NCBI GenBank assembly: GCA_963588055.1
Contig: CAVAGB010000009.1
Span: 1,803-65,802, forward strand
Direction of reading: 5' to 3'
Source of the DNA: Erysipelotrichaceae bacterium
GTDB taxonomy: Bacteria; Bacillota_I; Bacilli_A; RFN20; CAG-826
DNA: 64,000 nt
Shown: positions 9,886 through 19,386 of the stretch, in pieces
Position numbering within the stretch: position 1 is the stretch's first letter
Layout of the letters: each line of letters starts with the position of its first letter
Position numbers and translations under genes: made by a program
The notes under the pieces: generated by a model
What the model was told of the DNA's origin: nothing
Databases searched by the model: none
What the model saw: the letters and a program-made list of their open reading frames with translations, nothing else

Positions 9886-10391
9886 AGCAGACCCGGGATC
9901 ACGTGGATGACGACTTTCTTAGCGTCGGTGTCGACCTCTTGGATGAATTCGTCTACGAATGGAACGAAGAAGTCTTTTTGATCCTCTCTTTTGACGCGGA
10001 GAGTCCAAGTGGGGGAGTAAGAGAAAACGTCCTTGATCTCGCCTAAGGTTTTCCCCTCTTCGTCGTATACCTTGCATCCGACGAGGTCTGCGATTCGATA
10101 ATGGTTGTCTGGGATGGGCGCCTCATCCTTGTTGATGTCGAGCTCCCATTTTACGAATCTCTCCGCCTCTTCGATGGAAGAGATCTCCTCAAATCCGAGG
10201 ATGAGGATATCTCCTTTCATCCTGACGTAATTGAGGGTGGCCTCAACCCTTTCGTCGGTTTTGGTGTTATGCAGAGTCAGTTTCCTTCTAAGTTGGAATC
10301 GCTCCTTGGGAAAGGAAGTCAGGCAGAAACAACGAAACTGGCCTTTGAGGCCGTGGGTGCTCAATAATTTAGCGATAGTTACGTATTCCAT
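9882..10391 (-). CDS. rimM: 16S rRNA processing protein RimM
   Basis: 169 aa with HGLKGQFR near the N-terminus. It lies between khpA and trmD. Confidence 0.85.
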   Translation of the reverse strand: MEYVTIAKLLSTHGLKGQFRCFCLTSFPKERFQLRRKLTLHNTKTDERVEATLNYVRMKGDILILGFEEISSIEEAERFVKWELDINKDEAPIPDNHYRIADLVGCKVYDEEGKTLGEIKDVFSYSPTWTLRVKREDQKDFFVPFVDEFIQEVDTDAKKVVIHVIPGLL

Positions 10392-10412
10392 TTTAGAAAG
10401 AAACGGCGGGAA

Positions 10413-10709
10413 TTACTTCCCGTCGTCCTCCTTGTTGTCTTCTTTTTCTTCGTCGAAGCTTTCGAATTTGAGATGAATCCTGGTATTGGTGTCATCCGCT
10501 TTCGTGGCGATGCCGATAACTTCGCGAAGGGCATTGGCAACGGCGCCGTGCTTGCCGATGAGGCGAGCGGTGTCCGCGTCTTCCGCGATGACTAAGACGG
10601 TGACATCGCGGTCATTTCCGCCGGGGAGCTCCCGAATCATGATGGCGTCGGGACGCTCAACGAGGGGATCGATGATGGGGTGGAGCAGAGCTGCGTAATC
10701 CCTTTCCAT
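10413..10709 (-). CDS. khpA: KH-domain RNA-binding protein (YlqC/KhpA type) with an acidic C-terminal tail
   Basis: GxxG KH motif IGKHGAVANALREV. It lies directly downstream of rpsP. Confidence 0.8.
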   Translation of the reverse strand: MERDYAALLHPIIDPLVERPDAIMIRELPGGNDRDVTVLVIAEDADTARLIGKHGAVANALREVIGIATKADDTNTRIHLKFESFDEEKEDNKEDDGK

Positions 10710-10711
10710 CC

Positions 10712-10993
10712 TTATTTGCCTTCCTTCTTGATTTTGCTGTCGGCGAATTTGGTCATGATGCCTTTGCGGCTAAGCATGGCGCGGACGGAATCGGAAGGGA
10801 TAGCGCCGTTTTTGAGCCACTTCAAAGCGAGCTCTTCGTTGATGTCGGCGTTGTCGACGCCATTGGCGGGATCGTAGGTGCCGATCTGCTCGATGTAGCG
10901 CCCATCGCGAGCGAAACGAGAGTCAGCGGCGACGATGCGATAGAAGGGGTCTTTGTGGCGGCCGATGCGGGTCAACCTGATTTTAACAGACAT
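10712..10993 (-). CDS. rpsP: 30S ribosomal protein S16
   Basis: N-terminus [30 protein letters not shown] lies upstream on the minus strand. Confidence 0.95.
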   Translation of the reverse strand: MSVKIRLTRIGRHKDPFYRIVAADSRFARDGRYIEQIGTYDPANGVDNADINEELALKWLKNGAIPSDSVRAMLSRKGIMTKFADSKIKKEGK

Positions 10994-11019
10994 GTTTGTT
11001 TTTCTCCTTTACGGGCAGT

Positions 11020-11048
11020 AGTTTATGAGGCTCTATAGAGACTGTCAA
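11020..11048 (-). promoter_or_regulatory. Candidate sigma-A promoter of the rpsP operon
   Basis: The minus strand reads TTGACA-17 nt-TAAACT, followed by the SD and the rpsP ATG. Confidence 0.5.
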
Positions 11049-11078
11049 GCAAAAAAACTTAACATGTTTCATAAACGC

Positions 11079-11107
11079 TTGCTTCCCCTTTGGGGCGAGA
11101 GTATATT
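11079..11107 (+). promoter_or_regulatory. Candidate promoter of rplS, followed by a leader of about 95 nt
   Basis: TTGCTT-17 nt-TATATT. The leader has the hairpin TCTTGC-GTC-GCAAGA at 11112-11126. A known L19-leader motif is possible but not verified. Confidence 0.4.
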
Positions 11108-11206
11108 TCTTCTTGCGTCGCAAGACGATACGCAGGCTCCGCTGTCCCCGTCACGGATTATGAACCTGAAGAGAAACCGAAAAAGCTGAGAAAAGGAGGT
11201 AGCCTC

Positions 11207-11554
11207 ATGAACAATCAACTCGTGAAAGAAATTACCGCCCGTCAGCTGCGCCATGACATTCCCGACTTCAGCTCCGGCGACACCGTCCGCGTGTACGTCC
11301 GCATCGTTGAAGGCAAGAAGGAACGTCTCCAGATCTTCGAAGGTGTTGTGATGCAACGCCGCGGTGGTGGAATCGCTGAGACCTTCACCGTCAGGAAGAT
11401 CTCGTCTGGGATCGGTGTGGAACGCACCTGGGCCGTCAATGCCCCCTCGATCGCCAAGATCGAAGTCGTCCGCAAGGGCAAGGTTCGCCGCAACAAGATC
11501 ACCTACATGCGCAAGCTCTCTGGCAAAGCCGCTCGTATCAAAGAAGAGCAGTGA
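11207..11554 (+). CDS. rplS: 50S ribosomal protein L19
   Basis: ATG at 11207 is preceded by AAAGGAGG. Contains [25 protein letters not shown]. The listed ORF start at 11090 is an upstream extension. Confidence 0.9.
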   Translation: MNNQLVKEITARQLRHDIPDFSSGDTVRVYVRIVEGKKERLQIFEGVVMQRRGGGIAETFTVRKISSGIGVERTWAVNAPSIAKIEVVRKGKVRRNKITYMRKLSGKAARIKEEQ

Positions 11555-11583
11555 TTCCGCTGGATTTGCATTATCAAGTGACG

Positions 11584-11607
11584 AGGCCTCCGAAAGGGGG
11601 CCTTTTT
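11584..11607 (+). terminator. Rho-independent terminator after rplS
   Basis: 8-bp stem AGGCCTCC / GGGGGCCT with a GAAA loop, then TTTTT. Confidence 0.6.
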
Positions 11608-11671
11608 ATTGCTGCTTGGCAGCATGATTTCGAAGGCCCGTTCTTCAGAACGCCGCTCTTCGTAAGTGGGA

Positions 11672-11700
11672 TTGTTTCCAAAAAGGTCCAACCCTATAAT
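11672..11700 (+). promoter_or_regulatory. Candidate promoter of lepB
   Basis: TTGTTT-17 nt-TATAAT. The ATG at 11713 lies 12 nt downstream with no SD. Confidence 0.4.
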
Positions 11701-11712
11701 TTGCCTTGTTTT

Positions 11713-12639
11713 ATGCCCGACGAATATTTGGAGACAAAAGGTGAGCTTCTGCCGGATGCGCATCCGAGAAAGAAGAAAAAGAAGCATCGTTTTTTGGAGA
11801 CCCTTGTTTCGATTCTCTGCGTCGTCATCATCACCGGAACCGTTGTCATCACCGCCAACATCGCCTATCTCAAACTCGCCTATGGCTCTCCTTTCGCTGT
11901 CGATGGCACTTCAATGTATCCAACTTTGAACAAGGATGCGCTTTCTAAACAAAGCGATGGCAGCTACACCAAAGTCACCTGGAGAAGCGGTTCGCAGAAA
12001 CCGGGGGATATAGTGGATTATGGATGGTCGAAGCTCAATATCGACCTTAAGACCGAACTCAACCGCTTCGACGTCGTGGTCACTTATTTCGCCGACGACA
12101 TGGAAAAACAATCCGATGGGACTTATAAAGAAAAAAAGGACGCCTTGAGCAAGATCAAGCGACTCGTTGCGTTTCCTGGGGAAACCATCCAAATCACTCC
12201 CGACAAAGACGAGAATGGGGAATTCTTGACGCCGTGGGGCACCATGACGATCACCAGCGCCGCCGGGGAAGTTTCCGTCTACCCTTCCTATTACACCTTC
12301 GATGATTATGAGGACGTCAACGGAGTGAGCTACAAAAGCATGCTGACGGATGCGAATCAGACTTTTGGGCCGTACACGCTCGCCGAAAATGAGTATTTCG
12401 TTCTAGGGGACAACCGCGCATCGCGCTTCTCCAACGATTCCCGCCTCAGCGAGAACAAGGTCTACGACTACTGCATCGAAGGGAAGGCGTGTCTCATCAC
12501 CGCCAAGCGTGAGATCACGGAGGCGACCAACGGCTACGACGCCAAATTCCTTCTGAACCAGCTGCGGCCGTTTTGGAACTATCAGAATCTAGACGGCTCC
12601 GCCATTGAGAAGACCAAGAAGGTGGTTTCCAATGCCTAA
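11713..12639 (+). CDS. lepB: Signal peptidase I (S26 family)
   Basis: Catalytic Ser block VDGTSMYPTL, Lys block IKRLVAFPGETI and VLGDNRASRFSNDSR. I place the start at M55 of the listed ORF because the terminator at 11584-11607 lies inside the longer ORF. Confidence 0.8.
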   Translation: MPDEYLETKGELLPDAHPRKKKKKHRFLETLVSILCVVIITGTVVITANIAYLKLAYGSPFAVDGTSMYPTLNKDALSKQSDGSYTKVTWRSGSQKPGDIVDYGWSKLNIDLKTELNRFDVVVTYFADDMEKQSDGTYKEKKDALSKIKRLVAFPGETIQITPDKDENGEFLTPWGTMTITSAAGEVSVYPSYYTFDDYEDVNGVSYKSMLTDANQTFGPYTLAENEYFVLGDNRASRFSNDSRLSENKVYDYCIEGKACLITAKREITEATNGYDAKFLLNQLRPFWNYQNLDGSAIEKTKKVVSNA

Positions 12640-13498
12640 AGAAAAGGAAGTCCATTTCTTCCCTGGCCATATGGCGAGGGCCCTCCGCGAAATGGAAGGT
12701 TATTTGAAGGTCATCGACCTCGTCGTCGAACTTTTGGACAGCCGCGCCCCACTTTCCAGCGAAAACCCTTTGCTGCAGGGAAAGATGAAGAACAAAGCCA
12801 CGATCCATCTGCTTTCCAAAGAGGATTATTCGGATCCTTCCATCACCAAGCAGTGGCTTGATTATTACAAAGGCAAAGGCGAGATCGCGATCGCCGGTAA
12901 CCTCAAAAAAGCAAATTTCCTCTCCTTACTGAAGAATGCGAGCGCTTCTTTGCTTGAGAAAAAAAGAGAGAAAGAGAAGCGCGTAGGCATGAAGCCTCAA
13001 CCGGTTCGCGTGATGGTCGTAGGCATTCCTAATGTGGGCAAATCCACCTTAATCAATAATCTTAGGGGGAAGAAAATCGCCGCGGTCGGGAACAAAGCGG
13101 GCATCACCAGGGCTGAGCAATGGATCAAACTCTCCGAGGACTTTTTGCTCTTAGACACTCCTGGCGTCTTGCCGATGAATTACCCTGACCCTCAACAGGC
13201 GATTCGCCTCGCCTTGCTTGGCTCGATGAGAGAAGACGTATTGCCCACGCTTGAGCTTGCTGAGCATTTGATTGCTTTTTTGCAGGCGAATTATCCTGCT
13301 TCGCTCAGTACGCGTTTTGGCATCGAAAACCTTGCAGATCTTGATTCCAATGGGGTTTTGCGGGCTATTTCATTGAAACGTGGGCTTTTCGAGAAAGGCG
13401 AGCCGTCCCTGGAGAAAGCCGCCTACCTCATTATCAAAGAATTCAAAGATGGCCTGCTTGGGCGCATCTCTTTAGAAAAGCCGGGGCAATCATGCTAG
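12632..13498 (+). CDS. rbgA: Ribosome biogenesis GTPase A (YlqF/RbgA)
   Basis: Circularly permuted GTPase with FPGHMARA near the N-terminus, GIPNVGKSTLINNL and LLDTPGVL. Confidence 0.85.
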   Translation: MPKEKEVHFFPGHMARALREMEGYLKVIDLVVELLDSRAPLSSENPLLQGKMKNKATIHLLSKEDYSDPSITKQWLDYYKGKGEIAIAGNLKKANFLSLLKNASASLLEKKREKEKRVGMKPQPVRVMVVGIPNVGKSTLINNLRGKKIAAVGNKAGITRAEQWIKLSEDFLLLDTPGVLPMNYPDPQQAIRLALLGSMREDVLPTLELAEHLIAFLQANYPASLSTRFGIENLADLDSNGVLRAISLKRGLFEKGEPSLEKAAYLIIKEFKDGLLGRISLEKPGQSC

Positions 13499-14112
13499 AC
13501 AAAGAAAGAGAATATTATAGCGACGAGGTGAGCTTCATCGTCGGCGTGGACGAGGCTGGGCGAGGCCCTTTGGCGGGTCCGGTCTGCGCGGCCGCCGTGC
13601 TTTTCCCGAAGGACTTCGTCTGCGAAGAGATCAACGACTCCAAACAGCTAAGCGGCAAAAAAAGAGAATCCCTTTACCGTTTCGTCGAGGACAACGCCTT
13701 GGGTTTTGGCATCGCGATGGTCAGCGCAGATGAGATCGACCAATTGAATATCTACGAAGCGACGAAAGTGGCCATGAAACATGCGATTTCCGAGATCAGG
13801 CATCATTATGACCTGATCCTCACCGACGCGATGCCTTTGAAGGGTTTGCCCGCCCCGGTGGTCCCCATCATCAAAGGGGACGCCAAGTGCCTCAACATCG
13901 CCGCCGCTTCGATCCTAGCCAAAGTTACCAGGGATCGTTACATGGTTCAGCTTGAGCAGACCTATCCGATGTTCTCTTTCTCTAAGCATAAAGGCTATGG
14001 GACGAAAGCCCATCTCGATGAGCTTGCTGAGCATGGTCCCATCGAAGGCGTTCACCGGAAGAGTTTTGCCCCCGTTGCCCATTGGAAAGAAAAACAATTG
14101 AAACTTTTTTGA
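13492..14112 (+). CDS. rnhB: Ribonuclease HII
   Basis: Motifs GVDEAGRGPLAGPV and DSKQLS. Confidence 0.9.
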   Translation: MLDKEREYYSDEVSFIVGVDEAGRGPLAGPVCAAAVLFPKDFVCEEINDSKQLSGKKRESLYRFVEDNALGFGIAMVSADEIDQLNIYEATKVAMKHAISEIRHHYDLILTDAMPLKGLPAPVVPIIKGDAKCLNIAAASILAKVTRDRYMVQLEQTYPMFSFSKHKGYGTKAHLDELAEHGPIEGVHRKSFAPVAHWKEKQLKLF

Positions 14113-14166
14113 TCAATTTTTAGGAATTTCTGCTCTTTCCTCTTTATTAAGTGGTGGAGGTAAGAC

Positions 14167-14946
14167 ATGAAAGCAAGGGAATTGATACTCTATCTAAGCT
14201 GCAAGTACGATGGCGACTGGCAGAAACTTTACTCCGCCATCAAATACCGCGAGCAAGTGGATCCGGATGAGGTGCAGGCATTCGCGGAGAAGTTCGCCTA
14301 TCCTTACGTCACCATCATCGACGACGATTACCCTCCCTGCTTGAAGGACTGCTACCAGCCGCCTTTTATCTTGTTCTATAAAGGCAATCTCAAACTCATC
14401 AAGAACTGGCGGAAATGCATCACCATCGTGGGGTCAAGGGACGCTAAGCCATACGGCATGCAGAAATGCCAGGAAATCGCCGCCGACGTCGCCAAAGAAG
14501 GCTACACCGTCGTTTCGGGCCTCGCGCGGGGGATTGATGCCGCCGCGATGAAAGGGGCGGTCGACTTTGGGAAGGCGGTCGGGGTGCTTGGGACGGGGAT
14601 AGGCACGTCTTATCCAAGCGAGAATGCCGCGCTGCAGGAAGCGGTGGGTCAAAAAGGCCTGCTGATCACCGAATATCCGAACTGGGTCGGGGTGAAAAGG
14701 GAGCATTTCCCTTGCCGCAACCGCATATTGGCCTGCCTTAGCGCTTTGACCCTGCTTGGGGGCTCGGCCAAATCAAGCGGGACGCTCATCACCGCTGGCT
14801 ATGCCGTCGACCAAGGAAGGGAGGTCGCCTGTCTGCCTTATCGGGCCGATGAAGGAAGCTCCAACAATCTCCTTATCCAGACGGGCGCCGCGCTCGTGCA
14901 AAACGCCAACGATGTGCTGGATCTCATCCGCCCGATCAAAGCATGA
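14167..14946 (+). CDS. dprA: DNA processing protein DprA (short form)
   Basis: Rossmann-fold blocks IVGSRDAKPYG and GLARGIDAAA. SD GGAGG lies upstream. Confidence 0.8.
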   Translation: MKARELILYLSCKYDGDWQKLYSAIKYREQVDPDEVQAFAEKFAYPYVTIIDDDYPPCLKDCYQPPFILFYKGNLKLIKNWRKCITIVGSRDAKPYGMQKCQEIAADVAKEGYTVVSGLARGIDAAAMKGAVDFGKAVGVLGTGIGTSYPSENAALQEAVGQKGLLITEYPNWVGVKREHFPCRNRILACLSALTLLGGSAKSSGTLITAGYAVDQGREVACLPYRADEGSSNNLLIQTGAALVQNANDVLDLIRPIKA

Positions 14947-15012
14947 AAATTATTTTCGGAGGCTTATAAATAATTACTTTATTTATATAAGGAAAAAGGG
15001 ATTTATTAGCCT

Positions 15013-15040
15013 TTGACAAGGTCCCAAAAACGCTTATATT
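15013..15040 (+). promoter_or_regulatory. Candidate promoter of topA
   Basis: TTGACA-16 nt-TATATT. The TTG start of the listed ORF is the first part of the -35 hexamer. Confidence 0.5.
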
Positions 15041-15051
15041 CTTTGCCAACC

Positions 15052-17175
15052 ATGAAACTAGTCATCGTTGAATCCCCCAAAAAATGTGAAACCATCGGCC
15101 GTTATTTAGGCTCCGATTTCAAGGTAATGGCCAGCGAAGGCCATATCCGCGATTTGTCTACCCATGGCAAAGGCGGCTTGGGGATCAACATCGAAAAGGG
15201 TTTCGCCCCGGATTGGGAGATTCCCTTGAAGAAGAAGGGTTTGGTCAGCAAGCTCGCCGCGGCCGCTAAAAACGCAGACGAGGTTTACCTAGCGACCGAC
15301 CCTGACCGCGAAGGAGAGGCCATTTCCTGGCATCTTGCCAACGTCCTTCACTTGCCCGTAGAAACCACCAAGCGTCTGCAGTTCCATGAAATCACGAAAC
15401 CCGCTATTTTGGCAGCCCTTAAGGACCCGAAGACCATCGACCTCAATCTCGTCGGCGCCCAAGAGACCCGCCGTTTGGAGGACCGCATCATCGGCTTCCA
15501 AGTCAGTTCTTTGTTGCAAAGGCGCATCGGCGTGCAGAGCGCGGGTAGGGTTCAAAGCGCAACCCTTAGGATGATCGTCGATCGCCAAAACGAGATCGAC
15601 GCTTTCGTCCCTTCTGAATATTGGGTGATCGATCTCAATGTCGAGATCAACGGCAAACCCTATAAGGCGACTTTGACGAAAATCGATGGCAAAACCGCGA
15701 AAATCTCCTCGAAGGAAGAAGCCGAATCCATCGTTTCGCGCATTCCCGAGAAGCTGCTCGTCTCCAGCGTGAAGAAAGAAGAGAAGAAGATCTTTCCGAA
15801 AGCCGCTTTCACGACTTCCTCCATGCAGCAGGAGGCTTTCTCAAAATTCCATTTCTCCAACGCCAAAACCCAGTCAATCGCCCAGAAACTTTACGAAGGC
15901 GAGGAAATCAATGGCGAGCACGTCGGCTTGATCACCTATATGCGTACCGATTCGACCCGCATCTCCCCGGAGTTCTACAACCGCCATGCCGTTCCTTTCA
16001 TCAAAGAGACCTGGGGCGAGGAATACCTTGGCTTCCTTAGGCAAGCTAAGTCTGGCAAAAACATCCAAGATGCCCACGAGGCCATCCGCCCGACCGGCAC
16101 CCATAGGACTCCCGAGATCGCCGCGAAGTTCCTTCCTGCCGATGAAGCCAAGCTTTATCGCCTCATCTATTGCCGTGCCATGGCCTCGCTTATGGCCGCG
16201 AAGAAAATCGAGAGCACCAGCGTCTTTTTGACGGGTAACGGACTCGAGTTCTCCCTCAAAGGCGTGCGCACCTTGTTCCAAGGCTTCGAAGCGGTCTACA
16301 AAGAATTCGATGAGGACGACACCGCTTTACTCCCCGAGATCAAAGAGAACGACCTCTTCGCCGTCTCTAACATCAATCCGCAGCAGAAATTCACCAAGCC
16401 TGAGCCTCCTTATAACGAAGCCTCCATCGTCAAAGCGATGGAAGAGAAGGGCATCGGCCGTCCTTCCACCTACGCAACGACGATCGAAACGATCATCAAA
16501 AGGAAGTACGTCACCGCGACTCGCGGGGTTTTGACTCCGACTGAAGAAGGCAAGAAAGCCGTCTCCGCCCTTCAGCAATATTTCCCCGACATCGTTTCCA
16601 CCGACTACACCGCAGAGATGGAACGCAAGCTCGATAAAGTCGAGGAGGGAAGCGTTACTTTCCTTCAAGCGATGACCGATTTCTATGGTCCCTTCGAGAA
16701 GAATTTCCTCGCTGCCAAAGAAAAGATGCAGAAAGCCCCTGATGAAGAGACGGGGGAGCTATGCCCCGAATGCGGCCATCCTTTGGTGATAAAGCACTCG
16801 CGCTCTGGTCAGACCTTCATCGGCTGCTCCAACTACCCTTCTTGCCGCTATATCAAAAAAGACCCCAAGAAACCCGCTGAGCCGGTCGGAGAGAACTGCC
16901 CCGAATGCGGCAGGCCGCTCCTTTATAAGACGAATAAGAAAGGCGAGAAATTCGTTGCCTGCTCTGGCTTCCCTTCTTGCCGCTACACCCGTTCCCTCGA
17001 TGACAAACCCGTCAAAGCTAAGAAGGTCTATACGGAAGCGGATTATGTGAAACCCTGCCCTCACTGCAAGAGCGGCCACCTCGTGATCCGCCAAGGCAAG
17101 AGGAAGCAGTTCTTAGCCTGCACCAATTTCCCGAAGTGCCGTTACGTGGAGTGGATCGATAAGAAGGAAAAGTGA
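15052..17175 (+). CDS. topA: DNA topoisomerase I
   Basis: The ATG at 15052 gives the canonical N-terminus MKLVIVESPKKCETI. Toprim block DPDREGEAISWH and active-site block YMRTDSTR are present. There are three C-terminal CxxC...CxxxxC zinc ribbons. Confidence 0.9.
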   Translation: MKLVIVESPKKCETIGRYLGSDFKVMASEGHIRDLSTHGKGGLGINIEKGFAPDWEIPLKKKGLVSKLAAAAKNADEVYLATDPDREGEAISWHLANVLHLPVETTKRLQFHEITKPAILAALKDPKTIDLNLVGAQETRRLEDRIIGFQVSSLLQRRIGVQSAGRVQSATLRMIVDRQNEIDAFVPSEYWVIDLNVEINGKPYKATLTKIDGKTAKISSKEEAESIVSRIPEKLLVSSVKKEEKKIFPKAAFTTSSMQQEAFSKFHFSNAKTQSIAQKLYEGEEINGEHVGLITYMRTDSTRISPEFYNRHAVPFIKETWGEEYLGFLRQAKSGKNIQDAHEAIRPTGTHRTPEIAAKFLPADEAKLYRLIYCRAMASLMAAKKIESTSVFLTGNGLEFSLKGVRTLFQGFEAVYKEFDEDDTALLPEIKENDLFAVSNINPQQKFTKPEPPYNEASIVKAMEEKGIGRPSTYATTIETIIKRKYVTATRGVLTPTEEGKKAVSALQQYFPDIVSTDYTAEMERKLDKVEEGSVTFLQAMTDFYGPFEKNFLAAKEKMQKAPDEETGELCPECGHPLVIKHSRSGQTFIGCSNYPSCRYIKKDPKKPAEPVGENCPECGRPLLYKTNKKGEKFVACSGFPSCRYTRSLDDKPVKAKKVYTEADYVKPCPHCKSGHLVIRQGKRKQFLACTNFPKCRYVEWIDKKEK

Positions 17176-17177
17176 GG

Positions 17178-18464
17178 ATGGAGAAGAAAGCCACCATCAT
17201 CGGAGGAGGCCTTGCCGGAAGCGAGGCCGCCTTTTATTTGCTTAAGAAGGGCTATGAGGTCACTTTGTATGAACGCCGCCCAGACGTTTCCGACGGCGCC
17301 CATGAGACCTCTCTTTTCGGCGAGCTCGTCTGCTCCAATTCCTTGAAATCCTCCAAACTCGACAACGCCTGCGGATTGCTTAAGGAAGAGATGAGGAAAA
17401 TGGGGTCTATCATGATGGAGGCTTCCTCTGTTTCCTCTGTGCCTGCCGGTGCCGCTTTAAGCGTCGATAGAACCCTTTTTGCGGAGAAAATCACCGCAAT
17501 TCTCAACTCTTTTCCCTCTTTACACGTGGTGCGCGAGGAAATTAAGTCGATTCCAGAAGGGGATGTCATCTTGGCTACGGGCCCTTTGACGAGCGCTGCC
17601 TTGTTGGATGAACTCGCTGGTTTGGCGGGGGAGAAGAATCTCTCCTTCTTCGATGCCAGCGCCCCGATCGTGAAGAAGGAGAGCATCGATTTTTCCAAGG
17701 CCTACTACAAATCGCGCTATGAGCAAGACGACTCCTCTTACATCAACTGCGCTTTCAGCAAAGAGGAATATCTCCGCTTTGTTTACGAGCTCACCCACGC
17801 CGAGAAAGCCCTTCTTCATGAATTCGACACGAAATATTTCGAAGCCTGCCTCCCTGTGGAGGTGATCGCCTCGCGCGGCGAGCAGACGCTGAGGCATGGG
17901 CCTCTTAAGCCGTTTGGCTTGTGGGATGAGAACCACCCGCACCCTTACGCCGTTTGCCAGCTTCGTCAGGATACCCAATTGGGCGATTGCTACAACCTCG
18001 TCGGTTTTCAAACGAATCTGACCTATCCTGAGCAGCGACGCGTCTTCCGCATGATCCCAGGTCTAGAGAACGCCGAGTTCATCCGCTATGGCTTGATGCA
18101 TAGGAATTCCTACATCAATGCCCCTCTCGCCCTCAATCAAGACCTGTCTTTGAAGAACAAGCCCTCTTGCTACGTCGCCGGGCAGCTTTCCGGGGTCGAA
18201 GGATACGTCGAAAGCGCGGTGACGGGCTTGATTGCCGCCATCAACCTCGACCGCAAATTAAACGGCAAGGAATTCCTTCCCGTCCCTCCTTCCTCCATCA
18301 CCGGCGCCTTGCTTTCTTATCTCAATCAAGCAAACCCGAAATACTTCTCGCCGATGAACGCCAATTGGGCTTTGATCCCCACTAGCGACAAACATCACCG
18401 CGAGGAAGCCATCCAAAACGCACTTTTTGCGATAGACTTCTATTGGAAGAAAGCCAATGAATAA
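17178..18464 (+). CDS. trmFO: Methylenetetrahydrofolate--tRNA-(uracil54-C5)-methyltransferase TrmFO
   Basis: FAD motif IIGGGLAGSEAA. It sits in the conserved topA-trmFO-xerC context. Confidence 0.9.
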   Translation: MEKKATIIGGGLAGSEAAFYLLKKGYEVTLYERRPDVSDGAHETSLFGELVCSNSLKSSKLDNACGLLKEEMRKMGSIMMEASSVSSVPAGAALSVDRTLFAEKITAILNSFPSLHVVREEIKSIPEGDVILATGPLTSAALLDELAGLAGEKNLSFFDASAPIVKKESIDFSKAYYKSRYEQDDSSYINCAFSKEEYLRFVYELTHAEKALLHEFDTKYFEACLPVEVIASRGEQTLRHGPLKPFGLWDENHPHPYAVCQLRQDTQLGDCYNLVGFQTNLTYPEQRRVFRMIPGLENAEFIRYGLMHRNSYINAPLALNQDLSLKNKPSCYVAGQLSGVEGYVESAVTGLIAAINLDRKLNGKEFLPVPPSSITGALLSYLNQANPKYFSPMNANWALIPTSDKHHREEAIQNALFAIDFYWKKANE

Positions 18465-19386
18465 GCCCGAAAAAGAGTTTCTCGACCATCTCCGCTATCA
18501 AAGAAACTACACTGACCGCACCTTGGACAGCTATCAAAGGGACATCGACAAATTCCAAAGTTTTTTGGACCGGGAGATGATTCTATTCGATCAGGTGAGT
18601 GAGAAAGACATCGACAACTTCCTTTACGATGAGATTTATCACCAAGGCATCTCGCATCGTTCCTGCAAAAGGAGGATGTCGTGCTTAAGGGGATATTACA
18701 CATTCTTAAAAAAGCACGGATACGTCGACAAAAACCCATTTCTTGGCGCCACTTCTCCAAAAGCGGAGATCAAGTACCCAGAGACGCTGTATCTAGAGCA
18801 AGTGAACGCCCTTTTCGCGGCCAACGCCAAACGGAATGATGAATTAAGCAGCCGTGACCAAGCGATCCTCGAATTGCTTTATTCTTCCGGAATGCGCGCC
18901 TCTGAGTTAGTAGGCCTTACCTACCGCCAGATCGATTTCCGCGTTCGCTCAATTAGGGTCAAGGGCAAAGGCAACAAGACCCGCATCGTCCCCTTCTCCA
19001 AATCCGCAGAAGCCGCGATGAAAAAGTACCATGAGACTTTACGGCCCGCTTTGCTTGCGAAAGCAAAGGGAGAAATCAAAAGCGATAAGTTTTTTCTCAA
19101 CAACCAAGGCAAAGGATTGACGGTTCGCGGACTGGAGTACATCCTCCGCGCCGTCGAGGAGAAAACAGGCATCTATTTGGGTCTTCATCCCCACGAACTG
19201 AGGCATACCTTCGCGACCCATTTGCTGGAAAACGGGGCGGATTTGCGGCTTATTCAAGAACTATTGGGTCATGAGACCATAGACACCACCCAGGTCTACA
19301 CCCATGTCAGCAAAGAGAAAATGAAGGAGCAATACGATCAATACTTCCCTCAAAGGGATGGCAAACTTCCAGGCCAAGGCAAGTAG
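18457..19386 (+). CDS. xerC: Tyrosine recombinase XerC/CodV type
   Basis: Catalytic blocks HELRHTFATHLL and LLGHETIDTTQVYTHV. Confidence 0.85.
   Translation: MNKPEKEFLDHLRYQRNYTDRTLDSYQRDIDKFQSFLDREMILFDQVSEKDIDNFLYDEIYHQGISHRSCKRRMSCLRGYYTFLKKHGYVDKNPFLGATSPKAEIKYPETLYLEQVNALFAANAKRNDELSSRDQAILELLYSSGMRASELVGLTYRQIDFRVRSIRVKGKGNKTRIVPFSKSAEAAMKKYHETLRPALLAKAKGEIKSDKFFLNNQGKGLTVRGLEYILRAVEEKTGIYLGLHPHELRHTFATHLLENGADLRLIQELLGHETIDTTQVYTHVSKEKMKEQYDQYFPQRDGKLPGQGK

Noticed and set aside
15013-15051. Upstream-extended starts given by the ORF track: topA TTG 15013, rplS 11090, lepB 11551, rbgA 12605, truA 49423, potA 57216, potB 59125, potC 59942, potD 60805, msrA 34870, comEB 46286 and the PII-like gene 33084.
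   Set aside because: The extensions overlap the preceding gene, a promoter hexamer or a terminator hairpin, and add non-conserved residues ahead of canonical N-termini. Internal ATG or GTG codons give the expected protein starts.
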